Positions 30,561 through 40,949 are shown, numbered from the stretch's first letter. The stretch is 55,379 nt of DNA from an uncultured candidatus Brocadiaceae bacterium (GCA_964469555.1 CAYYAQ010000004.1:28093-83471), one strand, 5' to 3'. Notes: generated by a model not told the origin, from the sequence alone. Program-made: numbers and translations.

Positions 30561-31976
30561 CTACTTCTCGAGTTCGACCTCGAGTGCCTTGAGCCGGGCG
30601 ACGTCGGACTCGAACCCCAGGCCGGGGAGTCCCAGACCGATGCGCACCTGGTCCCGCGCGTCATCGGCGCTCGCCTCGCGCACCGATTCCGCCAGCATGA
30701 GGTGCATCGTCGGTGTCGGAAGCACCGAGGACCTCAGCTGCTTCAGGACGATCGGCTTCAGTTTCGCCCAGTCCTTCTGCTCGTAGTAGATCCTGGCCAG
30801 CGCGACGAGCGCCGTCGGTTGGTCGCGATGCGGATCGCAGTTGCAGCACGACTCGAGCGCCTCGAGTGCTTCCGACTGCTTGCCTGCTTTCAGCTGCAGA
30901 CTCGCGTATTGCCACCAGTACCCTCCCGTCGTGGAGTAGTCGCGCGCGTTTTGCCGGACCCGCTCGATGTCGGCACTCTGCCCCGCGAGGGCGAGCTCGA
31001 CGTACTCGCGGTAGTCGGGCCGCAGGGTGAATATCGCTTTGACGGGATCCCCGAAGTGCGCCGTGTACCGAGGATCGAAGAACTTGATGGCCTTGACCAC
31101 TGTCGCTGGATCTCGATCCTTGGCCATCTCGGGCCGCAGCCGCCAGATGACGTTGCGCAGCTGCTCGAGCTGATTCAGCAAGTACACCGCAGCCGTCGCC
31201 ACGGCCTCGCCTTTCGCCCCCATCTTCGCGAGCTCTTCATGGCTCGCGGTGCGCACCTCCTCGAACGAGGGGAGGCCACCGCTCAGCAGCGGCTTCCACT
31301 GTTCAGGATTGGGAACCCCGAAGAACCAAACCAATTCGGTATTGCCCTTTGCATCCGTGACCGGCCCAAACGCGCCGTTGGCGAACAACCGCGTGACGCC
31401 GACGTCTAGCCACGCGGGGTAGTCGCCGTGGTACATGTCGTGCATAATCGCGCGCGCGATGTCACGGATGAGATCCTGCCCAACACCGCCGTCGACCAAT
31501 GGGTTCCCGCTGGCGTGAACGTAGATGCTGCGCTCGTTTGCCACGAACGCGCTCTTGCCCTGCGCGGGTTTGGGACAGTACTTCTCGAAACTCTCCGCGT
31601 CGTGGAGAAAGTAGATGATGAGCGGAACCGCGTTGCGGTTGAACAGGTGCTTGTCCTTGAACACCTTGACGACATATTCGATGTAGCCGCGGTAGTTCCT
31701 CTTGACGACCGGATGGAATCTTCGATCGATGTGGAGGGCGCCGTCCGGGATCATCAGGAGCTTCTCGCTGTGGCCATCGGCGACCCATGCGCGTCCGCCG
31801 ACCATCGAATCCGAACACTGACCGAGGAGCAGCAACGGTCCCGAGATGACCGTGCAGGCGAGGAGTCCAACGAGTCGGGAATTCAGTCTCTTGCGGCTCA
31901 CTGTGCGACGTGTGATCAGGGTCTTCGAGACCGGCAACGATAGCCGAGGCGAACGCATCGACGAGTCGTCTAGCAA
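30561..31976 (-). CDS. Membrane-anchored protein with a degenerate gluzincin-like domain and TPR-like helices
   Basis: N-terminal TM; RDIARAIMH...PAWLDVGV in place of HExxH...PxWxxEG; TPR-like C-terminus. Confidence 0.65.
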   Translation of the reverse strand: MLDDSSMRSPRLSLPVSKTLITRRTVSRKRLNSRLVGLLACTVISGPLLLLGQCSDSMVGGRAWVADGHSEKLLMIPDGALHIDRRFHPVVKRNYRGYIEYVVKVFKDKHLFNRNAVPLIIYFLHDAESFEKYCPKPAQGKSAFVANERSIYVHASGNPLVDGGVGQDLIRDIARAIMHDMYHGDYPAWLDVGVTRLFANGAFGPVTDAKGNTELVWFFGVPNPEQWKPLLSGGLPSFEEVRTASHEELAKMGAKGEAVATAAVYLLNQLEQLRNVIWRLRPEMAKDRDPATVVKAIKFFDPRYTAHFGDPVKAIFTLRPDYREYVELALAGQSADIERVRQNARDYSTTGGYWWQYASLQLKAGKQSEALEALESCCNCDPHRDQPTALVALARIYYEQKDWAKLKPIVLKQLRSSVLPTPTMHLMLAESVREASADDARDQVRIGLGLPGLGFESDVARLKALEVELEK

Positions 31977-32005
31977 AGGAACTCCATGATTTTCGCGCGA
32001 CGGCG

Positions 32006-33895
32006 CTACTTGCCACGCTGTTGCTGCGCCTTCGCACGCTCCTTCGCGGCAAACTCATCCAACGCGACCTTGAAGCGCATCAGAAGGTCATCGACGTATT
32101 GAGCCCGCACCGGGTCTCCGGCTTCGCGCAGACACTGACCGTAGAACTTGTAGATCCCCGAGAAGTCGCTCCCAACCATCGCCGCTTCGCCGGGATTCGC
32201 GATCGGTCGGTCCGGCCCGATCTGCCGAAGGTAGTCAGGTTCTGTCGCAAAGAGTGATTCGAAGACCTCGATCGCGGCCTTGGAATCACGTCTCGTCCGC
32301 GCCTCGTTGATCCGCGGGAGGTAGTAGTCCCGGATCGACATGTCGTAGCAACCCGCGGCGACGACCGCCCGATCCTTCAGAAGATCGCGAGACATCAACA
32401 GGACCAACAACCCCAAAGCCACGGCGTACCGCGTCGCGAGCCGAGAGTGCCGGGCGATGAACCACTGTACGATCTGGACAACCGCGAACGCCGCGAATGG
32501 CATCGTCGCCATCATCATGGGCACGCGGAATCGCGAGAGCGTGTAGAACACGACCATCGGAGCGATGCTGCAGATGAAGTACCAGATCCAAGTTCCGACC
32601 GGGCGACGTTGCGCCACCGCGATCACGCTGCCGATCACAGCCGCAGGCAGGACCCAAAGTGCGTCAACGAAGTGGCGACCGATCGTCAGAACGACGGAGT
32701 GGATGCACGAGTAGTAGTAGTTCGTGTTGTTCGGCAGCTCGTACCAGTGGAAGATCAGAGCGAACTTCTGCCAGAGCAACCCGAGATAGCCGAAAAAGCT
32801 CTCGTGTAACGCGAGCGTCGCACCGACCACGGACAGGAGCGATCCGTGGTAGTCGTGCATGATCTTCGCGATCTCGACAGTCGTCTTGTACGGATACCAT
32901 CCTAACACCGGGTTCGAGCCCGGCACGTTTGCTCCAGCGAACGTCACGGCCCCCACGCTCGTGAGACTGAAGAGCGGGGCCCCCACGTAGTAGTTGCGGA
33001 TGAACACCGGCAACAACACGAGCAGCGCGCCCACCACGATCCACGCAACTTGCTTCATCACGGTAGAGAGCTGCTTGCGCTGGGGCCAGAAGATCGCGAC
33101 CACCATCCCAATTGCAAACACCAGGAATGTCGACTTCAGCGTTGTCGCGACGCCGATCACGCAGCCGAACCCGAACGAACCGAGTAGTCCCAGAGACCCG
33201 GAGGAATCGCACCGGTTCTTGGCAACCTGTCCGCAAAACAGCAGCAGCACCCCCATCATCGTGATCAGCGAGGTCCGCAGCAGCGTGACCTCGTAGTGGA
33301 TGAGCGGCCCCCACCACATCGCGAGAATTGCCGTGAGCACAGCGACCAGATCCCCGAACATCCGCCGCGACACCAGGAACAACAGCAGGATGGTCACGAT
33401 CCCGCCGAGCATCTGCACAGCGTAGACAAACCTGGCATCCGGGGATCCGCAGATCGTGTAGATGGCCGCGATCATGTAGGCGTACAGAGGCTCCTGATGG
33501 AAACGTGTCCCGAGGTACCACTCGTCCCACAGCTTCTTCGTGGATGACCCCGCTTCCTCTGGACTCAGCTCTTTCGGTGCCTTGCCCTCGATGAGATCGG
33601 GATGAGCGACGAACTCGCTCTTTGCGATCAGCCGATGCCACAGGTGAAGCGGGTGGACGGGTTCTGAACCCACGGCGTCGACCTCGGCTATCTTCACCGC
33701 CCACTCGTTGAAGAACCGCATGTCCATCTGCTCGTAGCTGTACGACTCCATGACCGGGCTCTCGTGCAGCTCCACGAACGCGATCAACCGCACGATCGAT
33801 GCGACCAGGACAACGGCGAGGAGCACGCTGCGACGACGGCTCTTCAGCCACGTATCGAGCGTTGCCAGCGGTTCGGTGGACGTTTTGTCGGTCAT
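32006..33895 (-). CDS. GT-C fold membrane glycosyltransferase (GT39/PMT_2-like)
   Basis: Multi-TM; DMRFFNEWA, FHQEPLYAY, PVFIRNY, FYTLSRFRVP. Confidence 0.8.
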   Translation of the reverse strand: MTDKTSTEPLATLDTWLKSRRRSVLLAVVLVASIVRLIAFVELHESPVMESYSYEQMDMRFFNEWAVKIAEVDAVGSEPVHPLHLWHRLIAKSEFVAHPDLIEGKAPKELSPEEAGSSTKKLWDEWYLGTRFHQEPLYAYMIAAIYTICGSPDARFVYAVQMLGGIVTILLLFLVSRRMFGDLVAVLTAILAMWWGPLIHYEVTLLRTSLITMMGVLLLFCGQVAKNRCDSSGSLGLLGSFGFGCVIGVATTLKSTFLVFAIGMVVAIFWPQRKQLSTVMKQVAWIVVGALLVLLPVFIRNYYVGAPLFSLTSVGAVTFAGANVPGSNPVLGWYPYKTTVEIAKIMHDYHGSLLSVVGATLALHESFFGYLGLLWQKFALIFHWYELPNNTNYYYSCIHSVVLTIGRHFVDALWVLPAAVIGSVIAVAQRRPVGTWIWYFICSIAPMVVFYTLSRFRVPMMMATMPFAAFAVVQIVQWFIARHSRLATRYAVALGLLVLLMSRDLLKDRAVVAAGCYDMSIRDYYLPRINEARTRRDSKAAIEVFESLFATEPDYLRQIGPDRPIANPGEAAMVGSDFSGIYKFYGQCLREAGDPVRAQYVDDLLMRFKVALDEFAAKERAKAQQQRGK

Positions 33896-34050
33896 CGTCG
33901 GCGCCTTGACGACTGCAGGAGCCCCGTGTCAGGTCGGGCAGACTCGGAGCCGGGAACCTACACACCGCAGTAACGGTGCGCAAGCGCGGTTCCTGCCAGT
34001 CGTTCCGCGGGACGGCGCGGCAACCCGTCGCGGCGCCGCGCGCGAGACCA

Positions 34051-34665
34051 TCAGGCCGACATGATCTCCAGGTGCTTGATTTGCAACTCGACCCACAATT
34101 CGGGCAAACCGGCCCGGAGGTTGTGGCCCTCTTGGTCTCCGTTGCATTTCAGGCCGAAGCGAAACCGACCGGGGCGCACTTCGATCGCATTGCACACCGT
34201 CACGGTCCCGAGGAACTGGCCGCTGCGCACCCACATCTCGAACTCCACGACATCGTCCTTCTCGAAATGGCCGCCGCCCATCACCGCGATGCCCGACGTG
34301 CTGATGTCCAGGACGGCGCAGTCCGGCTCAGGACCGAGTCGGGCGATCATGGTCTCGTGATGGGTCGGAAAGCGCTCCGAGCTCCGCATGTCCTTCAGTT
34401 CCGGTTCCGTGCCGATGGGAACGATCTTGATCCGCGTTCCGTCTTCGTCCTCGTTCACCCTCACGACGAGATGATCGCGACTCATGAACTGCCCGTGACT
34501 CTTGTAGTGCAGCGCGATGACCTCGTCGACCGCGACCCCGAGCCAAGGTCTGGCGAACTGCACCACCAGGCTTTCGCCACCGCCGCCGATGGCGACGCCG
34601 GAGATGAACTCGCGCCCTTGCGGAAAGTTGCAGTCAGCCAGATAGAAGATCGTGTCGCGTTCCAT
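34051..34665 (-). CDS. PilZ domain protein
   Basis: RSSER and DISTSG match the RxxxR / DxSxxG c-di-GMP-binding motifs. Confidence 0.78.
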   Translation of the reverse strand: MERDTIFYLADCNFPQGREFISGVAIGGGGESLVVQFARPWLGVAVDEVIALHYKSHGQFMSRDHLVVRVNEDEDGTRIKIVPIGTEPELKDMRSSERFPTHHETMIARLGPEPDCAVLDISTSGIAVMGGGHFEKDDVVEFEMWVRSGQFLGTVTVCNAIEVRPGRFRFGLKCNGDQEGHNLRAGLPELWVELQIKHLEIMSA

Positions 34666-34765
34666 GATCGCTCGTGAGCATCTGATACATCGACACTCAC
34701 GTACCGATGGCTTGTCTCGATCCGGAAGCGCAGCCGACGCCGCGATGGCGCCGGGGGTTCGCGAC

Positions 34766-36256
34766 TCACCTTCGCAGGTGATTCAACGTGTACCACGCGG
34801 TCTTGGTGGCCAGCGTCTCACCATCGGCGCCCGCGACGTTGCAGGTGATCTGAAACATCCAACCCGTAGCGAGGCCCTTGCCACCGGAGGAATCCAAGTC
34901 GACGCGCACGGAGCGTCCGTCCGGGGCAACCTTCGCGGAGTTCACTTTCACGACGGCCTTGTCGTACTTTCTGGAACCGTAGCCAGGTTGGTAACGGTAG
35001 CGCCATCGCTCGATGCGATAGGACGTCGACGCGCTGGCGGCGGCGGCGACCCGCTTCGTGAATCGGAGTAGAAAACCACTCCGCGTCAGGCTCACCGAGT
35101 GCAGCGCGAACGGCACGGTCTTTCCATCCCAGGCGATTCGCTGCAAGCCGTACTTCGCTGGGCCGCGTGAACCCCACCCCCGACCGGTCTGGCCGACCCA
35201 CAAGCTGCCGTCCTGCGCAAAGCGACAGCGCACCACGCCGGCCTGGAGCGTGTCGACGAAGTTCATCGCGCAGCCCTGAAACTCGCCCGCGACCTCTTCG
35301 ACCACGACGCGGAACACGTTCGATCGCGTCTGGTCACCGACGAATATCTGGTCCTTGAACGGCCCGAACTTGCCGCCGGTGTAGTCCCATACCGGTTCTC
35401 CTGGCGAATTCGCGAGGTCGCCGTGCGGGAAATTGACGGCTGGCGGCGTGCGAAGCTCGGTGTATCTCTCGATGGAAATCGAGTTGAGGTCGATGCCGCG
35501 GTAGTCGGGGTGGTCCATCAGCGACGAGGGATGACCGTGAAACCGGCCCTTCCGGACGTGATGGAGTGCGGAGGTCTCGACCCAGTCACCCTGGTTCTCC
35601 GTATAGAAGACCTCGTCGTTTCGATCGATGCCGATGCCACACGGTGAGCGACAACCGGCGCTCCATGGCTCGAAGCGCCCCTCGGGTGTGACGCGAAATG
35701 ACCATCCACGGTAGCGCGCCGCGCGCCCCATCTTCGAGTCGTGCACCCGGGCGATGTCCCACTTCGAGGAACCAGCCCAACCCTTCCAGCTCAGGGACGT
35801 GTTGAGGGTGCCGTAGAAGTTCCCCTTGGAATCGCGCACGAGTCCGAATGCGTACTCGTGGTAGTTGTCGGTCAATCCCCATCCCGCGGTGACCGTCTTG
35901 TAGAAGTCCGCGCGACCGTCGCCGTCGGAGTCGATCAACTCGGTGAGTTCGGGACGTTGGACGACGAACACGCGACCGTTCTTCGGATCGACGAAGACGC
36001 CAAGCGGTTCGTGCAGCCCCTTTGCGAAGAGCTTCCACGTCCCCTTCTTGTACGTCCAGACGTCGCCTTCGCGCGTGCTCGCGTACAGCGTCCCATCGGC
36101 GGCGAATGACAATCCACCCACTCCGAACGGCACCCCCTCCGGAGTCTCGATCGTCTCGACGCGATACCCGGACGGAATGATCTTCGGTTGAGGTTCGGGA
36201 GTCTGCGCGACCACAGCGGGCAACAACGACGCCATTGCGACGATCGAACGAATCAC
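34766..36256 (-). CDS. Secreted beta-propeller, PVC-type membrane dehydrogenase / sorbosone dehydrogenase-like
   Basis: FAKGLHEPLG, QRPELTELIDSDGDGRAD, YHEYAFG, GCRSPCG, ENQGDW, GPFKDQIFVGD, GQTGRGWG. Confidence 0.78.
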   Translation of the reverse strand: MIRSIVAMASLLPAVVAQTPEPQPKIIPSGYRVETIETPEGVPFGVGGLSFAADGTLYASTREGDVWTYKKGTWKLFAKGLHEPLGVFVDPKNGRVFVVQRPELTELIDSDGDGRADFYKTVTAGWGLTDNYHEYAFGLVRDSKGNFYGTLNTSLSWKGWAGSSKWDIARVHDSKMGRAARYRGWSFRVTPEGRFEPWSAGCRSPCGIGIDRNDEVFYTENQGDWVETSALHHVRKGRFHGHPSSLMDHPDYRGIDLNSISIERYTELRTPPAVNFPHGDLANSPGEPVWDYTGGKFGPFKDQIFVGDQTRSNVFRVVVEEVAGEFQGCAMNFVDTLQAGVVRCRFAQDGSLWVGQTGRGWGSRGPAKYGLQRIAWDGKTVPFALHSVSLTRSGFLLRFTKRVAAAASASTSYRIERWRYRYQPGYGSRKYDKAVVKVNSAKVAPDGRSVRVDLDSSGGKGLATGWMFQITCNVAGADGETLATKTAWYTLNHLRR

Positions 36257-37764
36257 TTGTCACCTCCTGAGGAGCGCGTGAGGGTCACTGAGAACTTCGC
36301 CGCGGCGTTCGCGGGGACCGTCAAGACTCCGCCGGACCATGTCCCCGCAGTCGACGCGACATCGAGTCCGTCGCGGTCGATCGCGAACTGGACCGGAGTC
36401 TTGATGCCCGGAATCTCGAACGTGTAGCGAAGACCGACTCCGCTCGGCGCCCCCGTCACGGACCAGGCGACGTCCTGTCCGTCCCAGTCGAGGAGGAATT
36501 GAGTCTCCGGTCCTGTCTTGTAGCCGAGGTAGCGGACTGTGTTTTCCTTCGAGCCAGCGCGACGCAGGGGGAAGCCAACATCGCCGACTTCGAATCGTCG
36601 CCCCAGGATCCCGCACGGCCTGCCGCCACGACCCAGGCGATCGGGGCCGACGTCGAGAAATGCTCCTGCCCAGCCGAACTGCATGCGGCACGCCCCCGCG
36701 TCGAACACGCAGTTCATGCCGCCGGGCAGACCCAAGGCGATAGATCGCGAGACGGCGTTTTGGACGTGCACACGCATCACGACGGGATCGTGCATCACCA
36801 TGATCGGGACGCCCCGTGGTCTCCCGGTGTCCGCGTTTGCGGTCAGGCTTCGCCGCCTCAGCCCGGGCCCCTTCATGTCGACATGGAGGCCCTTGCCGCC
36901 ACCTCCCTGGAAGAACTCGACCCGGAGTTCGTGACGCCCCGTACCGAGCTCGATCTCGCCTTTCTTGAACGGCCTGAGGCCGTGCGTGCCGTCGTCCGCC
37001 ACGACCTGAGTGCCGTCGACCCGAACGCAGGACCCATCGTCACTGCGCAAGAAGAACGAGTACTTGCCGGCCTTCTCGATACGCAGGTCCGCGTGGAACC
37101 ACACACCGAAGTTCGAGCTCTCACCGACCCGACCGATGTCGATCACGCCATTCTTCAACACGCCCTTCTTCACGGGTGTCACCCGTGTCATGTCCTTCAG
37201 CAACCTGAAGGCCCCCTTGAACAGGTCGTAGCGCAGATTGGAGATCAGCGAGTCTTCGACGTCACCGACCGTCATCACTCCACGCATCGTGAACGTGTGG
37301 CCAGGGAGCGTGCAGATGTACGGATACTTTGCAGCCTTCTCGGGTGCACGGAACCAGATCGTGTGTTCTTGACCGGGCATGAGCGCGTTGGTGTGGAACA
37401 ACACCTCCGGCAAGTCGGGAACGAAATGTTTCTCGCTCGCCTCGCTGCCGAGGGCGAGCGCGCCGGCGGCGATTCTCTCGAGAACACCCTTCCCCGGCTT
37501 GCAGATGATCAGGTTGTGCTGCATCGAGTCGTTGTTGGCCAACGTCAGCTTGACCTTGCTCCCCGGCTTGACCGAGAACTTCTCCAGGTCGAATCGGAGG
37601 CGCGCGTTCAACATCCCGATATGGATGTCGTGGTCGACTTTCTCGAACCCCTTCGGGGCCTTGGCCTTGGCAGTGCCAGACGCCGACGACTGTGCGTCGA
37701 GGCCCTGGCAGAGGACGGAGACGGACAGGGAAACGACGAGACGGGTCCGGGTAAGGTGCATCAC
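36253..37764 (-). CDS. Secreted cupredoxin (azurin/auracyanin-like) + PA14 domain protein
   Basis: Type-1 Cu ligands MQHNL and CTLPGHTFTM; PA14 motifs FFLRSDDGS, DDGTHG, EFFQGGGG; stop overlaps the next gene's start. Confidence 0.85.
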   Translation of the reverse strand: MMHLTRTRLVVSLSVSVLCQGLDAQSSASGTAKAKAPKGFEKVDHDIHIGMLNARLRFDLEKFSVKPGSKVKLTLANNDSMQHNLIICKPGKGVLERIAAGALALGSEASEKHFVPDLPEVLFHTNALMPGQEHTIWFRAPEKAAKYPYICTLPGHTFTMRGVMTVGDVEDSLISNLRYDLFKGAFRLLKDMTRVTPVKKGVLKNGVIDIGRVGESSNFGVWFHADLRIEKAGKYSFFLRSDDGSCVRVDGTQVVADDGTHGLRPFKKGEIELGTGRHELRVEFFQGGGGKGLHVDMKGPGLRRRSLTANADTGRPRGVPIMVMHDPVVMRVHVQNAVSRSIALGLPGGMNCVFDAGACRMQFGWAGAFLDVGPDRLGRGGRPCGILGRRFEVGDVGFPLRRAGSKENTVRYLGYKTGPETQFLLDWDGQDVAWSVTGAPSGVGLRYTFEIPGIKTPVQFAIDRDGLDVASTAGTWSGGVLTVPANAAAKFSVTLTRSSGGDK

Positions 37765-37799
37765 GGGGCGCGGAGGCTACCCCCTCCACGGCGTTCCGA

Positions 37800-38450
37800 C
37801 TACCGCGCGGCCTCTTCCTTCATGCGCTTCTTGCTCGCCGCCCAACCACAAATCCGGCACACCGCCAGATCGTGACGCCGGGCCGGGCAGTGCTCGCGAC
37901 CGAAGTAGATGATCTGCAGGTGCAGACTGTTCCAGTTCTCCTCCGGGAAGAGTCTCTTGAGATCACGCTCTGTTCGCTCAACCGTCGAACCGTCGGACAA
38001 CCCCCATCGGGCAGCCAACCGGTGGATATGCGTGTCGACCGGAAACGCCGGCACGCCGAACGCCTGCGCCATGACGACGCTGGCCGTCTTGTGCCCCACG
38101 CCTGGGAGAGCCTCCAGGTCCTCGAAGCTGACCGGCACGGCGCCGCCGTGCTCCTCCATCAGGATCTCCGACAGCCGCCTGATGTTCTTCGCCTTGGCGG
38201 GCGCGAGGCCGCAAGTCTTGATGATCTCGTGGATCTCGCTGACCTCGAGGCGCGCCATCCGCTTCGGATCTGGCCCGCGACGGAACAGCTCGGGCGTGAC
38301 CATGTTCACCCGCACATCCGTGGTCTGCGCGGACAAGAGGACGGCAACCAGCAACGTGAACGGATCCTCGTGCAGGAGTGGAATCGGCGGTCGAGGGTAG
38401 AGTTCGTGCAGGATCTCGTGGATCCGCTGGGCTTTGTCGGCGCGTTTCAC
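37800..38450 (-). CDS. nth: Endonuclease III
   Basis: LLVAVLLSAQTTD, HhH LPGVGHKTASVV, FPVDTHIHR; GTG start overlaps the upstream stop. Confidence 0.93.
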   Translation of the reverse strand: MKRADKAQRIHEILHELYPRPPIPLLHEDPFTLLVAVLLSAQTTDVRVNMVTPELFRRGPDPKRMARLEVSEIHEIIKTCGLAPAKAKNIRRLSEILMEEHGGAVPVSFEDLEALPGVGHKTASVVMAQAFGVPAFPVDTHIHRLAARWGLSDGSTVERTERDLKRLFPEENWNSLHLQIIYFGREHCPARRHDLAVCRICGWAASKKRMKEEAAR

Positions 38451-40351
38451 TTTCCCTTCCTGTCGTAGATCTGCTGGTGTTTCCGCGCCTGCTCGACATT
38501 GCCAGCAGCTCGGTACCACGCGGCCAGTGTCCCGTGCTCGAACCAAATGGAGGGACTGCGGGCGAGGAACTCCTCCATGTAGCGGATCGCCTTCTTGCGG
38601 TCATTGGTTTGGTGGTAGGCGTAGGCGATGAGGAAACCCGAATGTTGATGGCCGCCGGTGCGCGCGTGCAGCGGCTCCAAGATGGCCACGACACTCTGGA
38701 ATCGACCGGCGACGCTGGCTCGCTCTCCGGCGTAGTACTGGTACACAGCGTTTCCAGGTTGTAGTGCCGCGGCCTTCTCGGCTGCGTCCGCTGCCTCGGG
38801 GAAGCGCTCCACGTCCTGCAACGTCTTCGCGAACTCGTACTGATACATCGCGTTCCGCGGTTGCAGCTTCGCGGCTTTCTCTCCCTGGACCGCCGCCGCT
38901 GCGTATCGCTTCATCACCCGCAGCGCCACCGCAAACCAGTAGTGGGTCTGCGCCCTGTTCGGGCCGAACTCCACGGCGAGGTTCATTCTCTCCACGCAGC
39001 CGTCGTAGTCGCCGGTGCGAAGTTGGAGCATCGCGAGACCGATGTGCCCGACGACGTACGTTGGATTCATCTCCAGTGCGATATCGAAGTGTCGGCGCTT
39101 GGCGGGATCTGTGTCGTCCTTGATCGCCAGGGCCATGTTGTAGTGACCGCGGGCGCTGGTCCCGCAAGCGACACTGTGCCCCCACAGCGCCTTCTCATCC
39201 TTCCACGTGAAGTTCAGCCAGAAGCACGCACTCCCGACGTAGATCACGGTGGCCGAGAGCACGATCGATACCGCCGGAAGACGCTGAAGCAGGACCACGA
39301 CACCGAGAAAGAGGAACGCCCCCGAAGCGTACGCTCGGTACGCCACGATCTCGTCGTGTAGCGGAATGACAGACGAGGTCAGCGCGATCGACACCTGGTA
39401 GCCCAGCACGCAGAAAGCGAGCAGCGGCGCGCGCCGCCACCAGTAGGCCGCGAGCCCCCAGGACACCACCGCGCACGCGCCACCGACGATCATCTTCCAC
39501 GTCTCGGACTCGTCGATGGCGCTCTGCCGGATCGGGAACGGCCAGGCGAAGTTGCGGAGGTAGTGGAACACGTGGTGTTGGAGTTCGTGCGCCCCGTACT
39601 CTCGCCAGTCGGCGACTGTGGAGACGATGTTGCCCATGTCCGAGAAGTCCAGTCCGAAGCGGACGAACAACAACAGCGCGCCGACGACCGCGACGAACAG
39701 TCCGCATCGCCAGAGCCTCGCGTAGGAGCCCTTCGTGAACAACAGCTCGAAGAGTACGACAAGGGCTGGAAACACGACCGCGTTCTTCTTCGCGAGCAGT
39801 GCTAGCAGCAGAAGCGACAGGCACAACCCCCACCGAACCGGATTCTCACCGAGCCGCCGCATCCGGACATAGCACAGCAACGACGCGGTCATGAACATCT
39901 GCATCATCGACAGGTCGCGACCGCAGATGTAGTTGACTGGAACCCCGCTCACAGGATGCACGGCGAACAACAGCGCAACGAACAACGGCGCGTGCGGCGA
40001 CGAGGTCAGCTTGCTCCAGTGGCTCATCAGCTCGCGGGCGAGAAAATACAAGAGCACGCTCGCGACGATCTGGAACAGCAAATTGCCGATGTGGTAGCCG
40101 ACCAGGCTGTCCCCCGCGATGGCGTAGTTGACCGAGAGCGACAACGGCAACAGAGGCCGGTATTGCACGAGCCGCGGCAAGTGTGAGCTCGTCGTCGGGT
40201 CGATGAAGTGACGCCACGGCGGCCAGAACTGCTGCACGCCGGGGTTGTCCTGCACGCGGTACGAGTCGTCGACGTGGAAGTCGTTCTCGAACGTGTTGGA
40301 GTAGACCGCCAAGCATACCAGGACGACGAGTCCGACGTGCCACCACCTCAT
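38447..40351 (-). CDS. TMTC-like GT-C membrane protein with C-terminal TPR repeats
   Basis: FHVDD, YRPL, LLFAVHP, VNYICGR, YRAY, WKDEKALW, followed by several TPRs. Confidence 0.82.
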   Translation of the reverse strand: MRWWHVGLVVLVCLAVYSNTFENDFHVDDSYRVQDNPGVQQFWPPWRHFIDPTTSSHLPRLVQYRPLLPLSLSVNYAIAGDSLVGYHIGNLLFQIVASVLLYFLARELMSHWSKLTSSPHAPLFVALLFAVHPVSGVPVNYICGRDLSMMQMFMTASLLCYVRMRRLGENPVRWGLCLSLLLLALLAKKNAVVFPALVVLFELLFTKGSYARLWRCGLFVAVVGALLLFVRFGLDFSDMGNIVSTVADWREYGAHELQHHVFHYLRNFAWPFPIRQSAIDESETWKMIVGGACAVVSWGLAAYWWRRAPLLAFCVLGYQVSIALTSSVIPLHDEIVAYRAYASGAFLFLGVVVLLQRLPAVSIVLSATVIYVGSACFWLNFTWKDEKALWGHSVACGTSARGHYNMALAIKDDTDPAKRRHFDIALEMNPTYVVGHIGLAMLQLRTGDYDGCVERMNLAVEFGPNRAQTHYWFAVALRVMKRYAAAAVQGEKAAKLQPRNAMYQYEFAKTLQDVERFPEAADAAEKAAALQPGNAVYQYYAGERASVAGRFQSVVAILEPLHARTGGHQHSGFLIAYAYHQTNDRKKAIRYMEEFLARSPSIWFEHGTLAAWYRAAGNVEQARKHQQIYDRKGK

Positions 40352-40432
40352 TTGCCGGCGTCCTGCAACTCCCACCAGTGGCGGATCATGGGCGTCACCA
40401 TACCCGATCGACGACCGCGGTCGGATCCGGCG

Positions 40433-40729
40433 TCAGTCCGATTCGACGGCAAAGTGCTCGACGAGCGACTCCCACTCGTCGTCCAGAGAACCGGACGGCG
40501 CGGGCTTTCCCGCGCGGCGGCACCAGTATCCGGCATTCCCAATGTCCCCTTCACGACGGTGGAGGTAGGCGTGCAACCAGCAGCCGTCGGACCCGGGCAT
40601 GTCCTGCGCGATGTCGTGGGCGCCTTGCCAATCACCGGCGCGGTCGAGCCGGAGCACACGTTGGGCAGTGGTCAGCCCGCGGGGCGGTGCTACCGCGCTC
40701 AACGATCCCCGGAATGCGGTCGCGTCCAT
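40433..40729 (-). CDS. Conserved hypothetical protein (HAYLHRxEGD...YW family)
   Basis: GDWQGAHDIAQ, WLHAYLHRREGDIGNAGYW. Confidence 0.75.
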   Translation of the reverse strand: MDATAFRGSLSAVAPPRGLTTAQRVLRLDRAGDWQGAHDIAQDMPGSDGCWLHAYLHRREGDIGNAGYWCRRAGKPAPSGSLDDEWESLVEHFAVESD

Positions 40730-40949
40730 GCGGGAACTACAAGGACCAGCCCCATCCAAGTGGAAGGCCGCCCGCCGGAGGATCGGTGGCGTTCCGACAG
40801 TCGTCGACTCGCCGATCTTGGCGAAACGGAAGATCGCAGCGGACCTCGGGACCGCACTGCGATTCCACTGGCTCACGTGCGGTCGGACGACGCCGCAATG
40901 GATCGACTACCCGCCGCCGGTCGACATCAAGTTCTGATCGTGGGCCGTT

